Assembly (NCBI GenBank): GCA_012026655.1
Contig: JAAILG010000035.1
Coordinates: 62,001 to 126,000, forward strand
Direction of reading: 5' to 3'
Source of the DNA: Hydrolagus affinis
Lineage: Eukaryota
DNA length: 64,000 nucleotides
Under the pieces are notes generated by a model. That model was not told where the DNA came from. It was given only the letters and a program-made list of their open reading frames with translations, and ran no database searches. Made by a program: the position numbers and the translations under genes. Below, in pieces: positions 38,825 to 51,640 of this stretch (position 1 is the stretch's first letter; each line of letters opens with the position of its first letter).

Positions 38825-39896
38825 GAGCTGCAGGATTCTTGTTTAAACATAGCATGAAGATAGCCATACAATAAGAAATACAGCTTAATGCTGTCTCCGT
38901 GGCAGTATATTCAAACCCGACTATAAATCTGTGCTGGTTAAAGTGTTAACATTGTTCCCACAGGTGCTGAAGATTGACTTATTTTGCAATTTCAATCCAT
39001 CTGTGGCACAGCTATAACAAAACAAACCAAGGCTGACTTGCTTTAGTGATTCATGGGAACACAAATAGGATGTGTTCTTTCTGGCACAAAGATTCAATCC
39101 ATGAGTAAAGATAAATGCTTTGCATCTTTTATCTGTCCTTTTGAGCTTCTGACATTTGTCGTGATATAAAGTGAATGATGCATGGAATCTTGCCTTGACA
39201 GAAGGAAATATCACTGGTCTAGATTCATTAATGGATGTACATTTTGTCCAGCATTTATCGCTTAAATTACTTGTGTATTTTTAGGAGGATAATTGAATTA
39301 GTGTGCTATCAGAACAGTGGGAAGTCCAAGCCAATTTTTTTTATAAAAGTCCCTTTTCTTCTACAGATTTATGGATGCTAACATTTCTTATATGAGGGGA
39401 ATTTTTGTCAGGGCCCATCTGGAAATGTTTATTTCTATGGCACATCATCTATCTGTGGATTTTGTTAGCAGCTTACTTTTTTGTAAATTCTTGGATTATC
39501 GAGTTGAAGTTTTGCCAGTATGTTTGGCTGATTGCTGCCCACGCTGCTTACCTGTCATTCACCTTTCATTTAGTTTCACTCCACTCGCCCCCCCCCCCCC
39601 CACCCCCACACTCTCTTATTAGAGCCAGAGCAATTTGCTGAACTGTCCTTTAAATCATGTTGCTATATAAATTATTCCAAGATGAGCCTTGAGTGGATGT
39701 GTCTATCGTGCCGAAGCATCCTCTTTGGTCTTTCCTCTGATGGCCTCGGCCCATCTTGCTCAAAGAGTACAAATACTGTAGAGTTTTTAATGTAAATCAC
39801 ATTTACTGCTCCTTCACCGTTTCCGCATTATATAACTATAGACACAAACTAATGTTGACTATGAGTAAGCTTTACCAAACTATACACGTTAGCTAC

Positions 39897-39922
39897 TCTG
39901 TGTGTGTGTGTGTGTGTGTGTG
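39897..39922. repeat. (TG)n microsatellite
   Basis: About 12 perfect TG units. Confidence 0.95.
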
Positions 39923-39994
39923 CCCTTTATTTGATCTCTCTGATGATTTTTTTAAAAAATTGCAATGCTGAACTTCCCCATTAGCCAGTGTAAT

Positions 39995-40560
39995 TATGCA
40001 ATACAACATATATTTATATAGTGCCTTTCAGGTCAGCAGGATGTCCCAAAGTGCATCCAAGCTGTGTCAAGCAATTGGACCCGAGTGGTGGGGGTGGGAT
40101 CAGTGGGGCGGGGGGTGGACGAAGGCGTGGTTGAAGAGGAGGATCTTGAGACATGTCTTGAAGAAGGCAAGGGAGGTTGCAAGGTGACGGGACTGTGGGA
40201 TGGAGTTCCAAAGGGTGGGGGCTGTGAGGCTGAAGGCCTGATCGCTGATGGTGGGGCGGGCCAAACAACAACAACAAAAATGACATTCATAGAATGCCTT
40301 TCACGTCAGGAGGGCGTCAATGGGAGGGGAACATGGAACAGGCTGGAGCCTGGTGAGCAGTGGGAGCAAACAGATTGATAAGGGGTTAGCAGGTCACAGG
40401 GGTGTTGGGTGGGAGGGGAGAGCGTGGTCAAAAAGATTGAACATGAGATGCAATTTGAATGAGGCGAGGAAGCCAGTCAAAAGGACTTTGGGATGAAGTT
40501 CCAGTGTCAGGGCAGACAGGCTAAAAGTATGATGGGCTGGAAGGGTGGGAAACGTGAAGC
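39995..40560 (-). mobile_element. Cluster of nested L2 3' fragments
   Basis: An L2 tail at 40000, a second short tail with (CAA)n at 40262-40320, and a further older piece at 40395-40560. Confidence 0.8.
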
Positions 40561-42464
40561 AGGTCAATGTCCTCAATGAGTACTTGAATTGTACAGACAA
40601 GAGAGGTTCTGGGTTTCATCCCAATCTGATGTATAATCTCAATGGGGTAGTGGTTAAGGGAACTACTGTTGGTTTCAGGCCCCATATTTTTGGACTCTGA
40701 TCAGCCACGGGTTCCTGATGGTGAACAAAGCCTTTGTTGGATTTGCAGTCAAACTGTTGGATATACAGTATGCCCGAGTCTTTCTTGACACTCATTATCT
40801 TGAAGCCTATCAACACTCACTATCTCCACTTTGCACATGAATATTAGATACAGGGGCTGAAAATAGGAATCTCAGCATACAGTGTAGAATCTAGGAGAAC
40901 ATCTATACTGCAGTAATAATCAGTGCAATCGGGGAGAATAGAAAGAGAAAGATGAGAGAACAGCTCTGGGAGACATAAGGAGAAATGTAAAGAAAATATA
41001 AATGTGTGCAAGGTACAGTAGTATCTTTTTAATAGCTGCAGAAAACCAGCTTCCAAATTAAGACTGGTTTGAAACATTCTCCACAATTCTTTTCCATCTT
41101 AAATTTTAAGACAAGATTGACTCGCAGGCTAAGACGGGTGGAATTTCCGGCTTCAAAACGACCAACTCCTAAAAACTAGGTGTTCCAGATGTTTGAACGA
41201 ATTGCAGTAAATGTGATGCCAAATTTGACCCTTCTCTACTGAGCTGAAAAATAACGGTCTTTACAACCCTATTAACAGACATGAGATAAGAATATCTTAG
41301 TGTTTCAAGCATCCGTTTAAATCAATGACATTTTAAACTTCTGAGTTAACTGCTTCTGTAACAAACCAAGGTTTTATGCTGGGACTCACAGAAAGTTTGT
41401 TGTACAGTGGGAGGCCATTCAGCCCATTGTGTCTGATCTGGTGCTGGCTCCCAGACTGGGAATTCTATATACAATAATTGGAGTGTAAAACCATTGAATT
41501 TGCAGCATGCGTTTGTGTAAAGAGCCTTGTTAATTTTTTGCACCAAATATCAGCCAAATAGTTACAAATGTATCATCTGTGAGATTGTTTTAGGATGAGG
41601 TTGACAGTCCTGTGGAGGACCATCTTGCTCTCTGTGATACCCAAAGAGTTTATTTCCCTTAATTCAAATGGTTAGCAATGTAGCCAAGTGACTTCAATAA
41701 TATACTGTACTCTCTATGTCATTTGTTTCAGCTTTAGCAGGTCTATCCAATAGATAACCACCAACCACCCACAAATTCCCTACTTCTGTAGTAATAATCT
41801 TCCATGTGTTATAGTGCCTTATCATATCATAAAGATACTGTACTGTATTTCAAAGCGCTTCACAAGATACAATGTAAAGCGAATTTAGCATAGCAGTGTT
41901 CCACAAACAGAGTGAATGACCAATTTTATTTTGGAGATTTTTTGGCCAGAATACCAGGAGACCTTATCTTTTTGAATAATGCCTAAACAGGCAGATGGGA
42001 CTTCAGTATCCTCTGAAGGATGTAGTAAAACATTCTGGGTACATAAAAGTATTAAAAAGATTTTTTTTTAACAAAAGACAAAGAACACATTAATAAATTA
42101 ATAGTCTGAATAAATTGAAGACAATTTTTTTAAAAAAATTGTAATTCATCTTGATCACTATTTCATCTCCTTTAACTCCTCAATCCTTCTCCCCATTCCC
42201 CACTCCCCACCAAACCCAGCTCCATCTCCTTATCCCCGCAATCCCTCTCCACTGCCCTAGAATCATCTGAACTCCGCCCCCCACCCCACTCTGGCCTGCC
42301 TCCTGCATTGATTTATCCTTCTCACTCACTCTCCTCCATAACTCTCTCTCCACTACTCTTAATGCCCTTGCCCCCCTTCACCTCCCAAACTGCCTCCTAC
42401 TCACAAACCTCACTCTGGCAGAGATGCAGGCCGCCAAATACAACTGGCTCAAGTCTGATCTAAC

Positions 42465-42845
42465 TGTGGTCTAACTGTGTTCAATTCTGGTCATCACACT
42501 TTAGGACGGATGTTAAAGCATTGGAAAGGGGGCAGAGGAGATTTACCAGGATGGTACTATTACCAGGAATGAGGGACTTCAGTTATGAGGAAAAGCTAGA
42601 GAGGCTAGGTTTATTCTCATTGGAGCAGAGAGGGTTACGAGGAAACCTAATAGAGGTTTTCAAGATCGTGAGGGGATTTGACAGAGTGAACAGGGAAAAA
42701 CTGTTTCCACTGGTGAGTGTATCAGTGACTCGTGTTCACAGATTTAAAACAGTTTTAAAAGAAGCAGAAGGGAGATGAGGAGAATTTTTTTCACTCAGTG
42801 AATTGTTCGAATATGGAATGCATTGTTTGAAAAGGTGGTGGAGGC
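42465..42845 (+). mobile_element. CR1 fragment inside the L2 region
   Basis: ERGQRRFTRM..SYEEKLERLGLFSLEQRGLRGNLIEVFKIVRGFDRVNREKLFP is the CR1 ORF2 C-terminus. Confidence 0.92.
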
Positions 42846-42928
42846 CCAGCTATCCCTCCCTCCACATCTTCAAAACTGTCTCCCTCTCATTTCTCACCAC
42901 TACCGTAACCAGCATGAAACACACCAAC

Positions 42929-43273
42929 TATAATAATAATAATAATAATAATCCTTGCATTTGATATAACATCTTATCAACGTCCCAAAGCGCTTCACAG
43001 AATATACCNNNNNNNNNNNNNNNNNNNNNNNNNNNNNNNNNNNNNNNNNNNNNNNNNNNNNNNNNNNNNNNNNNNNNNNNNNNNNNNNNNNNNNNNNNNN
43101 NNNNNNNNAATTTTATTATTGTGTTTTTTTTGGAGGGATTATTATTAGGCATGTGGAGTAAGGAAACTTGCCCAAGGTTTCGCCCTGACCTGCCTGGATT
43201 CGAACACAGGTCTCCCCAGCTTGGTCTCCCCAGCTTGCAAGACAAGTGCTCTAACCACTAAGCCACAGGAGCT
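42929..43273 (-). mobile_element. tRNA-headed SINE spanning the N gap
   Basis: Tail left of the gap, head right of it; the head carries a 14-bp duplication (caagctggggagac x2). Confidence 0.88.
43009..43108. other. Assembly gap (100 N)
   Basis: Run of exactly 100 N, lying inside a SINE copy. Confidence 0.99.
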
Positions 43274-44917
43274 CCACAACTGCTCCTTTAACCCCATCTT
43301 TACCGCTTTCCTTACCTCCCAGCTCCACCTCCTCATGTCTCTACTCTCAAACACCATCAATCTTCCCCTATCCTCTGGCACCATTCCCATCCCTATCAAA
43401 AGAGCTATGATCACCCTCATCCTGAAAAAAAAAACCTTTCCTGGACCCATCTCTGATTTTTAACTACCAGCCCATCTCCAGACCTCCATTTTCTTTCCAA
43501 GAGTCATTGCTTCCCAGCTGCTCTGCTTTCTCTCCTACCACTCCCTTCACAGCACGGAAAATGCTCTGATCAAGGTCACCAGTGATCTGGTGACTATGTG
43601 ACTAGGGTTCCCTCTGCCTACTTATCCTTCTCGACCTCTCTGCTAACTTCGATACTGTGGATCATTCCTCTGCTGCCTCCGAGGTTCGGTCCTTGAATGG
43701 TTCAGGTCCTGTCTCTCACACCATCTCCAATTTGTCTCCACTAACGGTTTCTCTTACACCCCCCACACCATCTGGTGCGGTGTTACTCAGGGCTCAGGAC
43801 CATCCTCTTCAACCTCTACAAGCTTCCCCTTGGTGACATCATCTGCAAACATGGGGTCAACTTCCACATGTATGCAGATGGCACCCAACTCTATCTCTCT
43901 GACTCCCTCACTCAATTCCAGGACAACTGACGTCCTGACAGACATCAAATCCTGTCAGACATCAAATCCTGGATGAGAGCCAACTTTCTACCATTGAATG
44001 TCAGCAAGACTGAGGCTCTCCTGATTGGCTCATGCCAGCGCCTCCACACCTCAGGCACTGGCAGCATTGACAGATGCACATTTCACCTCACCAAGCCAAA
44101 TAGGAACCAGTGCATCTTATTTGACATTCAACTGTCTTTTCTCCCCCACATCCGTGCCATGACCAGCTTTGTCTTCCCCAACTCCGCAACATTGCCTGAC
44201 TGCCACTGCCTTATCGCCTCAGGCTGCCGAGATCCTCGTAGTATTTCTCACCTTGAGGCTCGACAACTGAAACTCCCTCCTTGTCAGCCACTTCACTTCC
44301 CTCTACAAGCTGTAGATCATCCAGAACTCTGGAGCTTATGTCCTCTCCTGTACCAGGTGCTGTGACCCCGTCACCCCCACCTGGCTCCACTGGCTCGCCA
44401 TCCCTTAGAAGATAGAATTCAAAATCCTCGTCCTCACTTTCAAGGCCCTCCACGGCCTGCCCCCTCCTATGTCTTTGACCTGTTCATGATTTATCAACTT
44501 GTCTGCTCCTTCTGCCTGCTCCAGGTTCTTCCACCCTACCATCGGTGGCCAGGCTTTCAGCCTCTCTGCACCCACCCTTTGCAATTCCATCCCACAATCC
44601 AATGCTCAAGACCCTCCTTTTGACTGTGGTTTCGCCGCTCCTCCTATCTCTGTGCCCTCCCTCATCGCAACCCTGCCCCCACCCGCCCCTCACTTCCCCC
44701 AACACCCTCGGGTCCTGATCCCCGACTGTTCAGAGCCTTGGTACACCCTCCCAGCGTGAAAGGCACTTTACAATTGTAATTTTGTTGTTCTAGTAATGAA
44801 ATACATTCCACTGTATTGAGTCACATTAATACCCCGTTTATGCTGGTGGAAGCGTTTGGGGGCAGGGAAATGGAATTAAAATGTTTTGCTCAAAAAATTA
44901 CATTTGCAAAAGAAAGA

Positions 44918-45243
44918 TCAATGGTTAGAGCACTTGTCTTGCAAGCTGGGGAGACCAAGCTGGGGAAACCTGTGTTCAAATCCAGGCAGGTCAGGGCGAA
45001 ACCTTGGGCAAGTTTCCTTACTCCACGTGTCTAATAATAATCCCTCCAAAAAAACCACAATAATAAAAATTGGTCATTTCAATCCATGACTGTTTGTGAG
45101 ACACTGCTGTGCGGAATTGGCAGCCACGATTCGCCCACAAATATATACAGTCAATTCATTTTACAGTATATTCTGTGAAGCTCTTTGGGACATCAATAAG
45201 ATGTGAAAAGCGCTATATCAAATGCAAGGATTATTATTATTAT
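44918..45243 (+). mobile_element. tRNA-headed SINE, slightly 5'-truncated
   Basis: Same 14-bp duplication as the 42929-43273 copy; complete body and (TTA)n tail. Confidence 0.9.
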
Positions 45244-45369
45244 CACTGCACATGCATAACTAACTCAACACCAATTTGTTACGTGGTAGCCAATTCCTAA
45301 ATAACATTCCATTTACACCGGAGATTCAGATGAAGGCTCTTCAGCTGTTTGATCTCATCCTTTGGCAAT

Positions 45370-45900
45370 ACCCACTCCAGCATCGCAGCATCAAATTGTT
45401 CATTGAATGAGTCCAATGTCCTGAGCTCAACCACCCTTCACAGTTATCCATTTCAGTCATTAATTATACTCCTGGTAAATAAACATTTCCTGGTGTGCCC
45501 TGAAATTGCCCTTTGCTACCCTGAAGGTATGCTCTATTGTTCTGCTGTTGAGACATATCTGAGTTTACTTGCTTAATCTCATTATGTAATTCTATAATGT
45601 CCTGTGCGAAGGGCCATTTTTCAAGTCTAAAGAGCCCTATCTTATCCAATCTTTGCTTATAGCTCATTGCTCTCACAGTAGCAATCATCATCGTTGCTCT
45701 CCAGGGCACTGATTCTATGGGCCCCTTACGTTGCCGAGACTACAACTATATTCAGTACTCTAGGTGTGGCTTGAGCAGAGAATTGTACAGAGGCAGAATT
45801 CTGGCAATCTGAACTCAACTGATTTAGCAACACAGCCCAACATCCTGTTTACCTTGTTTGTAGCTGACTCATATGGTTTTGACATGGTGAATGACAAGTT
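45370..45900 (-). mobile_element. Old CR1-like fragment
   Basis: Minus strand reads MSYKQRLDKIGLFRLEK. Confidence 0.7.
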
Positions 45901-46054
45901 AATTTATAGGGCTCTCAGCAAAGTCCTTATAAGGCAGTCAAGAACTTATAAAGGACATTTTTTGAGCTGAGACCACATTGGATTGTGCTCTTTAAAGTTA
46001 TACTGCATGTCAGTTCCCTGGCTAAATCTTAAAAGTGATTTGGGTAAAAGAAAA

Positions 46055-46420
46055 TTGGTCAGCCGGGTGTCTGTCACATGCGGAAATCCATCCCCATGCT
46101 CATATCCAAACCATACTGAGAATTCTATGCATCCCATCAATACATGGAAATTCCAGAGATAGTTGTTGGAATGGAATCGCACTCTCTCCCTGGAGACATA
46201 TCCTGCTTACCCAATTCCAGACAGTATTGGCTGCAGGTTGGCAAGAGCCAAGGCTTGGGGACCCCAGAGTGTGTGTTGTTTGCTTCCCAGCTTAGACCAC
46301 AATAGCTGTTACAGCTTTGGCTGTAGGGTTTGCAGGGTTAATGGGAGCTGAGTGGAAAGAGTCCCTCCCCCCAGTGACTGGTCTGTACTTCCAAGTCCTG
46401 CCAATGAATCAGGCTGTCTG
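46055..46420 (+). repeat. Unclassified ~450-bp repeat copy
   Basis: ggtcagccgggtgtctgtcacatgcggaaatcc..actgagaattc..gagccaaggcttggggaccccagagtgtgtgtt..ccccagtgactggtct, shared with 28575-28960. Confidence 0.75.
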
Positions 46421-46919
46421 TGTTGTCATCAGTCAGTTGCAGCGAATGGAGGCAGAATGGCTGAATGGCCACTGATGGTGAAAAAGATAGGACGAGGGAC
46501 ATGAAGCAGACAAATTATCTTAAAGTGATTTTGGCCAGAAGTCTTCAAAGTATGACTTGCTTTAAGATCACAAATAGTATTTGTTCTACTTGTTTGGTGT
46601 TGATTCCTTGCTATTTTTGCACTGAAGCAAACGATATAAAGTTGGGAAACAAATTATGTTTCTGGAGAAAGAGAGGCTGGAGGGATCTAGAGAAAAGCTG
46701 AGATTGGGGTCAAACAGAAACAAATAGACTTCCTTTCTAAAACCATCACGCTCGTCAGCAATACAGTCAAATCTCACAATCTTAAAGTCAAAATGCAAAG
46801 CAATCCCTTTTTTGTTTTGCAGTGAAGGTATTTGGGATATATTCCCAAAGCGAAAGTTGCTGTATAAATGTAAAATTGTTGTTGCTGCTATGTTTATTCT
46901 AGGCCATGGCAGTGGCAAT

Positions 46920-47160
46920 TTAAAAACAATAAATTACATTTCTATAGCACTTTTCCGATCACAAGGTCATTGAAGACAGTCAGGGTTTTTGACCTGAGTA
47001 GGGGGTTGGGACCAGGAGGATGGAGGGTTGGGATGGTAGAGGTAGAAGGGTGACCAAAGGTGCTGTCCAAGAGAAGGGTCTTGAGACATGTCTTGAAGGA
47101 GGCAAGGGAGGAGTCAAGGGGAAGGGATTGTAGGATGGAGTTCCAAAGGTTGGGCACCTC
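46920..47160 (-). mobile_element. L2 3' end
   Basis: Minus strand reads PNLWNSILQSLP..ASFKTCLKTLL; L2 tail at left. Confidence 0.85.
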
Positions 47161-48007
47161 ACTAACTAAAAACCAAAGTTATATAAATCTTGTTGTTAAT
47201 TAAGAAACAGAACAAGTAGAGAAATTACTGCTAGTTCAGGTGGAGGTTGGAGATCCCAGGGCATATCAATGTGAGGGTACAATAACGTGTATTTTGCATT
47301 CACAGGTTTTGCACAACCCTTGTTATTTTTTAGCCTTTCTCCTTAATTCTACTTTTTCAGTCCAAGGCAAACACCCAATTAACTTCAGTGCCTCACAGGC
47401 ATTTTAAAGACCTGGATCATGCCCTCGCCATTCCTCCTTTCTCCAGTAAAAACAAATTCAAATCCAATAGTTTTTTTTCTTAATAATTTGGAAACCTAAA
47501 TTACAGAGTTTTCCTCATATCTGCCTTTATTACTCTCACTAGCTGCTACACTAAGCACTCAGAGGCGCAACTCGCATGAAGAGCACTACTTAGTAATAAT
47601 AATAATCTTATCACGTTGTCAGGACGTGACAAAGCGCTTCACAGAATATACTGTAAAGTGGACTGGCTGTATATTTTATGGGCATTATATAAATGCAGAT
47701 AGATATTTTCCCATTAATTATTCATTAACTTCTGCTTCCTGCTGTTGAGAATGTTGTACATTGTGCTCAGATTTTAGCGCAACTGTCAGTGGACTCATTT
47801 CTGAAGTTTTATAAAAAGGGAATGCAGCAAAGTGGGAGTTCTACGGTCAATAATGACTTCCTGTAAGCAAATCGGTGGTCTTCGGAGTGAGGTGTTATTG
47901 TTGAAAATGAGTTGTCTGGCCCATTGTATTTGAGTGAATTTTGCTGCAAAGAGATTGTCTGGACTTTATATTATGGCACAGAGTAAGCTTATCTGAGTCA
48001 CAAGTCT

Positions 48008-48057
48008 TGTGTGTGTGTGTGTGTGTGTGCGTGTGTGTGTGCATGCGTGTGTGTGTC
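48008..48057. repeat. (TG)n microsatellite
   Basis: About 50 bp of TG repeats with a few interruptions. Confidence 0.95.
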
Positions 48058-51000
48058 TGGAATAAATGCAGCTCACCCATCATGGCGAGGCAGTTTCAAT
48101 CTTCTTTTGAAAGTGTGGTTTGCACGATAACAGTAATGGTAGCCTCTATGCACAACGGGGAACAATTTGTCATTAAAGAATATAACAGTTTACATTTGAT
48201 ATAACTATGTGCATTTTGTGAGTTCAATTTGGCAGGATATGCTATTATTTGGAATGCTACCCGTAATTAGCTATTTGTCTTTTAGATGCACTGAAAAGTC
48301 TTTCCTATTGCAACTCAGGAGAGAACATCACAAATCTGTTTAAAGATAAACATCATTCCTTTTCATTTATTCTTGCTCTCAACCCTACCCCCCTTCTTCC
48401 TGCTTTGTTGGCTCTGAGCTGGACTCGAGAAACAGAGGACAGCTGAGGCAAACACTTTTCTTCCTTCCTTGCTGGCGAATCTGGAAAAAGTTCCTGGCAT
48501 CCTGTCATGAATAACTTTCTTTGACACGGTTGGGCCTTTCGGACAATATTCAGACGGGAGTCAAAGGAGTTTGTACTTCCTGTCTTGCTCATAAAGCAGT
48601 TAATATAGCTGGACTTGCTTTCCTCTGGGATGTACCATATTTTGCCCTGAAGCCTTAAGTAAATGGAATATTATTTCCCTTGACATTCTCAGATGTACGT
48701 GACTTAAAAAAAAACTCAATTCCTCGACAATACTTAAAGCAATACCTATATGAGTAAATGCAGTCAGCAAGCATTGCCAATTCACCTTTAGCTTCACACA
48801 GACCGTGGTTATTTACTAAAAAATTTGCCAAATACACAATAATAATCCTTACATTTGATGTAACACCTTTCGTTATGTTTGATGATAAAACATACAAAGT
48901 AAAATGTTAATATGTAAATTAAAATTAAATATAAAAAGCCTGCAAAATATACGTTACAGTATATTCTGGGAAGTGCTTTGAGATGTCTCAACATCGTGAT
49001 AACGCGCTAAATCAAATACAACGATTATTATTATTATTAGGATTCACTTTATGATTGTTTAAGGGATATTGCTGTCTGCAAAATTAGCTGCAGCATTTAT
49101 CCACATGTTACACTAACTCCTATGAACTGCTGTGAGATATCCTCCTAACTCGAAAGGTGCTTTACCAAATGCAACAATTAAAAAAAATTAACATTTCATA
49201 TGCACAGTATCAATTCGTATTAGGTCCTGCAGATTTCTGGAAAATAGCTGTGATCAGTGGTGTGCTTGCCCATTTGAATGGGTGATGATCTCTGCATCAT
49301 TTCATGTGGTAATCAAAGATCATGTAGAATCTGTTATGAAATGGTGGAATTTCTCCCAGTCATGGCAAATGATTGATTTAATTCTCTAAAAGCAGGAGAA
49401 CTGGTTCATCTTGTATCCAGTTAAAGAGGTTCAGATGCAGTCTGTAAGTTCATAAAATTGTGTATTTCTTCTGTCAATCAGAATGAAGATGGTGGGAAAA
49501 TGTTTACAGAAGAAACTAATCCACAAATGCGGGCATGTTGAGGCCTGAAACTAGTCAATAGTTATTGACTGAAATACTGCTGTTTCATAATAGATTCAAT
49601 GTGATAAGTGTCACAATATACAATTTACATTGATATACTGTATTGCCTTTCACGTTGAGAAGACACCTCAAAATGCTTGACAATGTGCATTGAGCTTGTT
49701 GAACACATTGAATCTGTTTGTTATTTATGCTTTCAAATATTTTCCCCCCAAATCTGTTAGCAAGCGTTGGCTCCATCTCCTAGTTTGTATCCCTTTACTG
49801 TGTATGTTAAAGAACTGTAAAAATGTAACACAGTTGAGAGGGTGAAAACCTATAATTGAAGATAAATATTAAATTTAATTATAATATAATTCATTTTTAG
49901 TCGTTCAGTCAGAATGGAACTCAGATCGCAGCCTGTGTGAAGGACACTTTAAAACTTCGACTCTCGGTTTGGTGTATAAAACAGGCAACTTCCCACATCT
50001 GCTCAGAATTTATTTTCCTTTCCATTCTACAAGCATAAACAGTTAATTCTGGAAACATTGACGTGTTAACGCTCAGATCCCTCGCAGTCTCTGAGTTGCT
50101 GGAACGGCTGCAGCCTGAACCAAAATGCTTTCTTTCTTCTATCCAGGAAGGAACTTTTTGTTGCGATATGCTTCTATTACTTCCCCTGCAACATCCGCAT
50201 ATTATAAACTCACCGAGACAGATTTTGGACTCCCAACCCGTTTCTAATTAAGTAGAGTATCATTTCAGTTGTATATATATTGCCTCCAAACTGCCATAGG
50301 AAATATTAGTCATCTCTTAATGTTTTAAAAACATTTTATTTGCGTAGCAGTGTTCAATTGGACTTCCTCTCAGTGCTAGACTTACGAGATCAAAGATAAG
50401 CTTAGTGCAGTGCAAACCAAAACAAGATTTTCTCCTTCTGAACTGTTGTGGTTAAGTACAGTGTGCTTTCTCCAGTGGATATAAACTTTTCTGTGTGATA
50501 TGCTTTTCTTAAGTTGGCGGCTAAGAAATCTTAATATGCATACATTATACAATGCGTTCACAAATACATACATTATATGGTTTATGGATTCCAGGTTATT
50601 TGGAATAGAATGAAAGCTAATGGCACATCCTGTCTTTGCCTTTTGTAGTTTGCCAACCAGTATCCAAGCCAGGAATTTCCTTTCTTAGGGGCAGGGCTGC
50701 CTGCACTGTTGCTAAAGAAAAGCTTTGAATGTCTTGGCCTTGCAGCACAGCTTAATTTATATTGCAAAGATTTGAAAAAAGTAGAAGAATAAATGGGCAA
50801 AATGGAAATAAAAGGGTTTCTCATTGTCTCGCACATGAGGTTCGGCTGACATTTTGAAGAGTGGGAAGAAAATTAAAGTGAGGAAAGGAACAAGTACCAA
50901 ACTCTTAGACGATCAGAAATATGCGGTTTGAAATTTGCATGGTGAATAGGCAGCGTTTGTCCATTTTGCCAGATTCTTTCATGTGAAAAATGAATAGAAT

Positions 51001-51334
51001 GCTACACATCATGATTAATGAATGTTGCAGAAAATAACGATTTCTGTTTAACCTGCACTGTGCTATTTCATTTTTTATAGTTGTGAATCTTTTTCCACTT
51101 TTGTTCTGCTGCCGATTCCTCATAATAAATACAATTTACAGTGTTGCTGTGTACAGCTTTAACTCTAATGCTGCAATTATGCTGCACAGTCTACGTTGAT
51201 TCAATGTGGTTTGCAATCAATCGATGCTGAATGTGTTGTATAACTGTGGTTTAGATAGACAAGCTAACGTTGCTTTGATTTGGTGTTCGGCTCATGATTT
51301 GAATCAATATCCACAACTGTGTTGACTCCAGGAT

Positions 51335-51640
51335 TACTTGGGCTTGTCTTCAAGTCGGAAGGTTGAGAGTTCAAGACCCACATTGGAACTTTGATCTCAC
51401 AGTCCAGACTGACACTCAATATAGTGCTGGAGGAAAGGAGGGTGAGGGGGCATTGCATTGTCAATGGTGCCGTACTCAGATGAGATGTTAAACCGAGGAT
51501 CCTTTTACCTGTTTAGGTGGATATTAAACATCCCTTGGCACTTATTGCAAAGTGGATTTGACTTGTTTCCCTGTGTCCTGGCCAACAGTCCCTCAAATAA
51601 AAGTGGTCAATCACTTCATGGCTGTTAGTGGGATATTACT
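51335..51640 (+). mobile_element. Deu-domain SINE (AmnSINE1/SacSINE1-like)
   Basis: gtcggaaggttgagagttcaagaccca..actgacactcaatatagtgctg..ggtgccgt..agatgagatgttaaaccgagg..ggtggatattaaacatcccttggcact matches the Deu-domain consensus as recalled. Confidence 0.75.

Larger units (their letters stand above)
42165..44790 (+). mobile_element. Long decayed L2 element interrupted by a CR1 fragment and a SINE
   Basis: RT landmarks in order: actaccagcccatctcca (NYRPIS-like), cacagcacggaaaatgctct (HSTE), ctcgacctctctgct..ttcgatactgtggatca (LDLSAAFDTVDH-like), cagggctca (QGS), atgtatgcagatggcacccaactct (YADDTQL-like), C-terminus and tail at 44755-44790. Many frameshifts. Confidence 0.88.

Noticed and set aside
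41136-41231. gggtggaattt ... aaatttgaccc inverted ends
   Set aside because: Only a 9/11 match with no clear target duplication; too weak to call a MITE.
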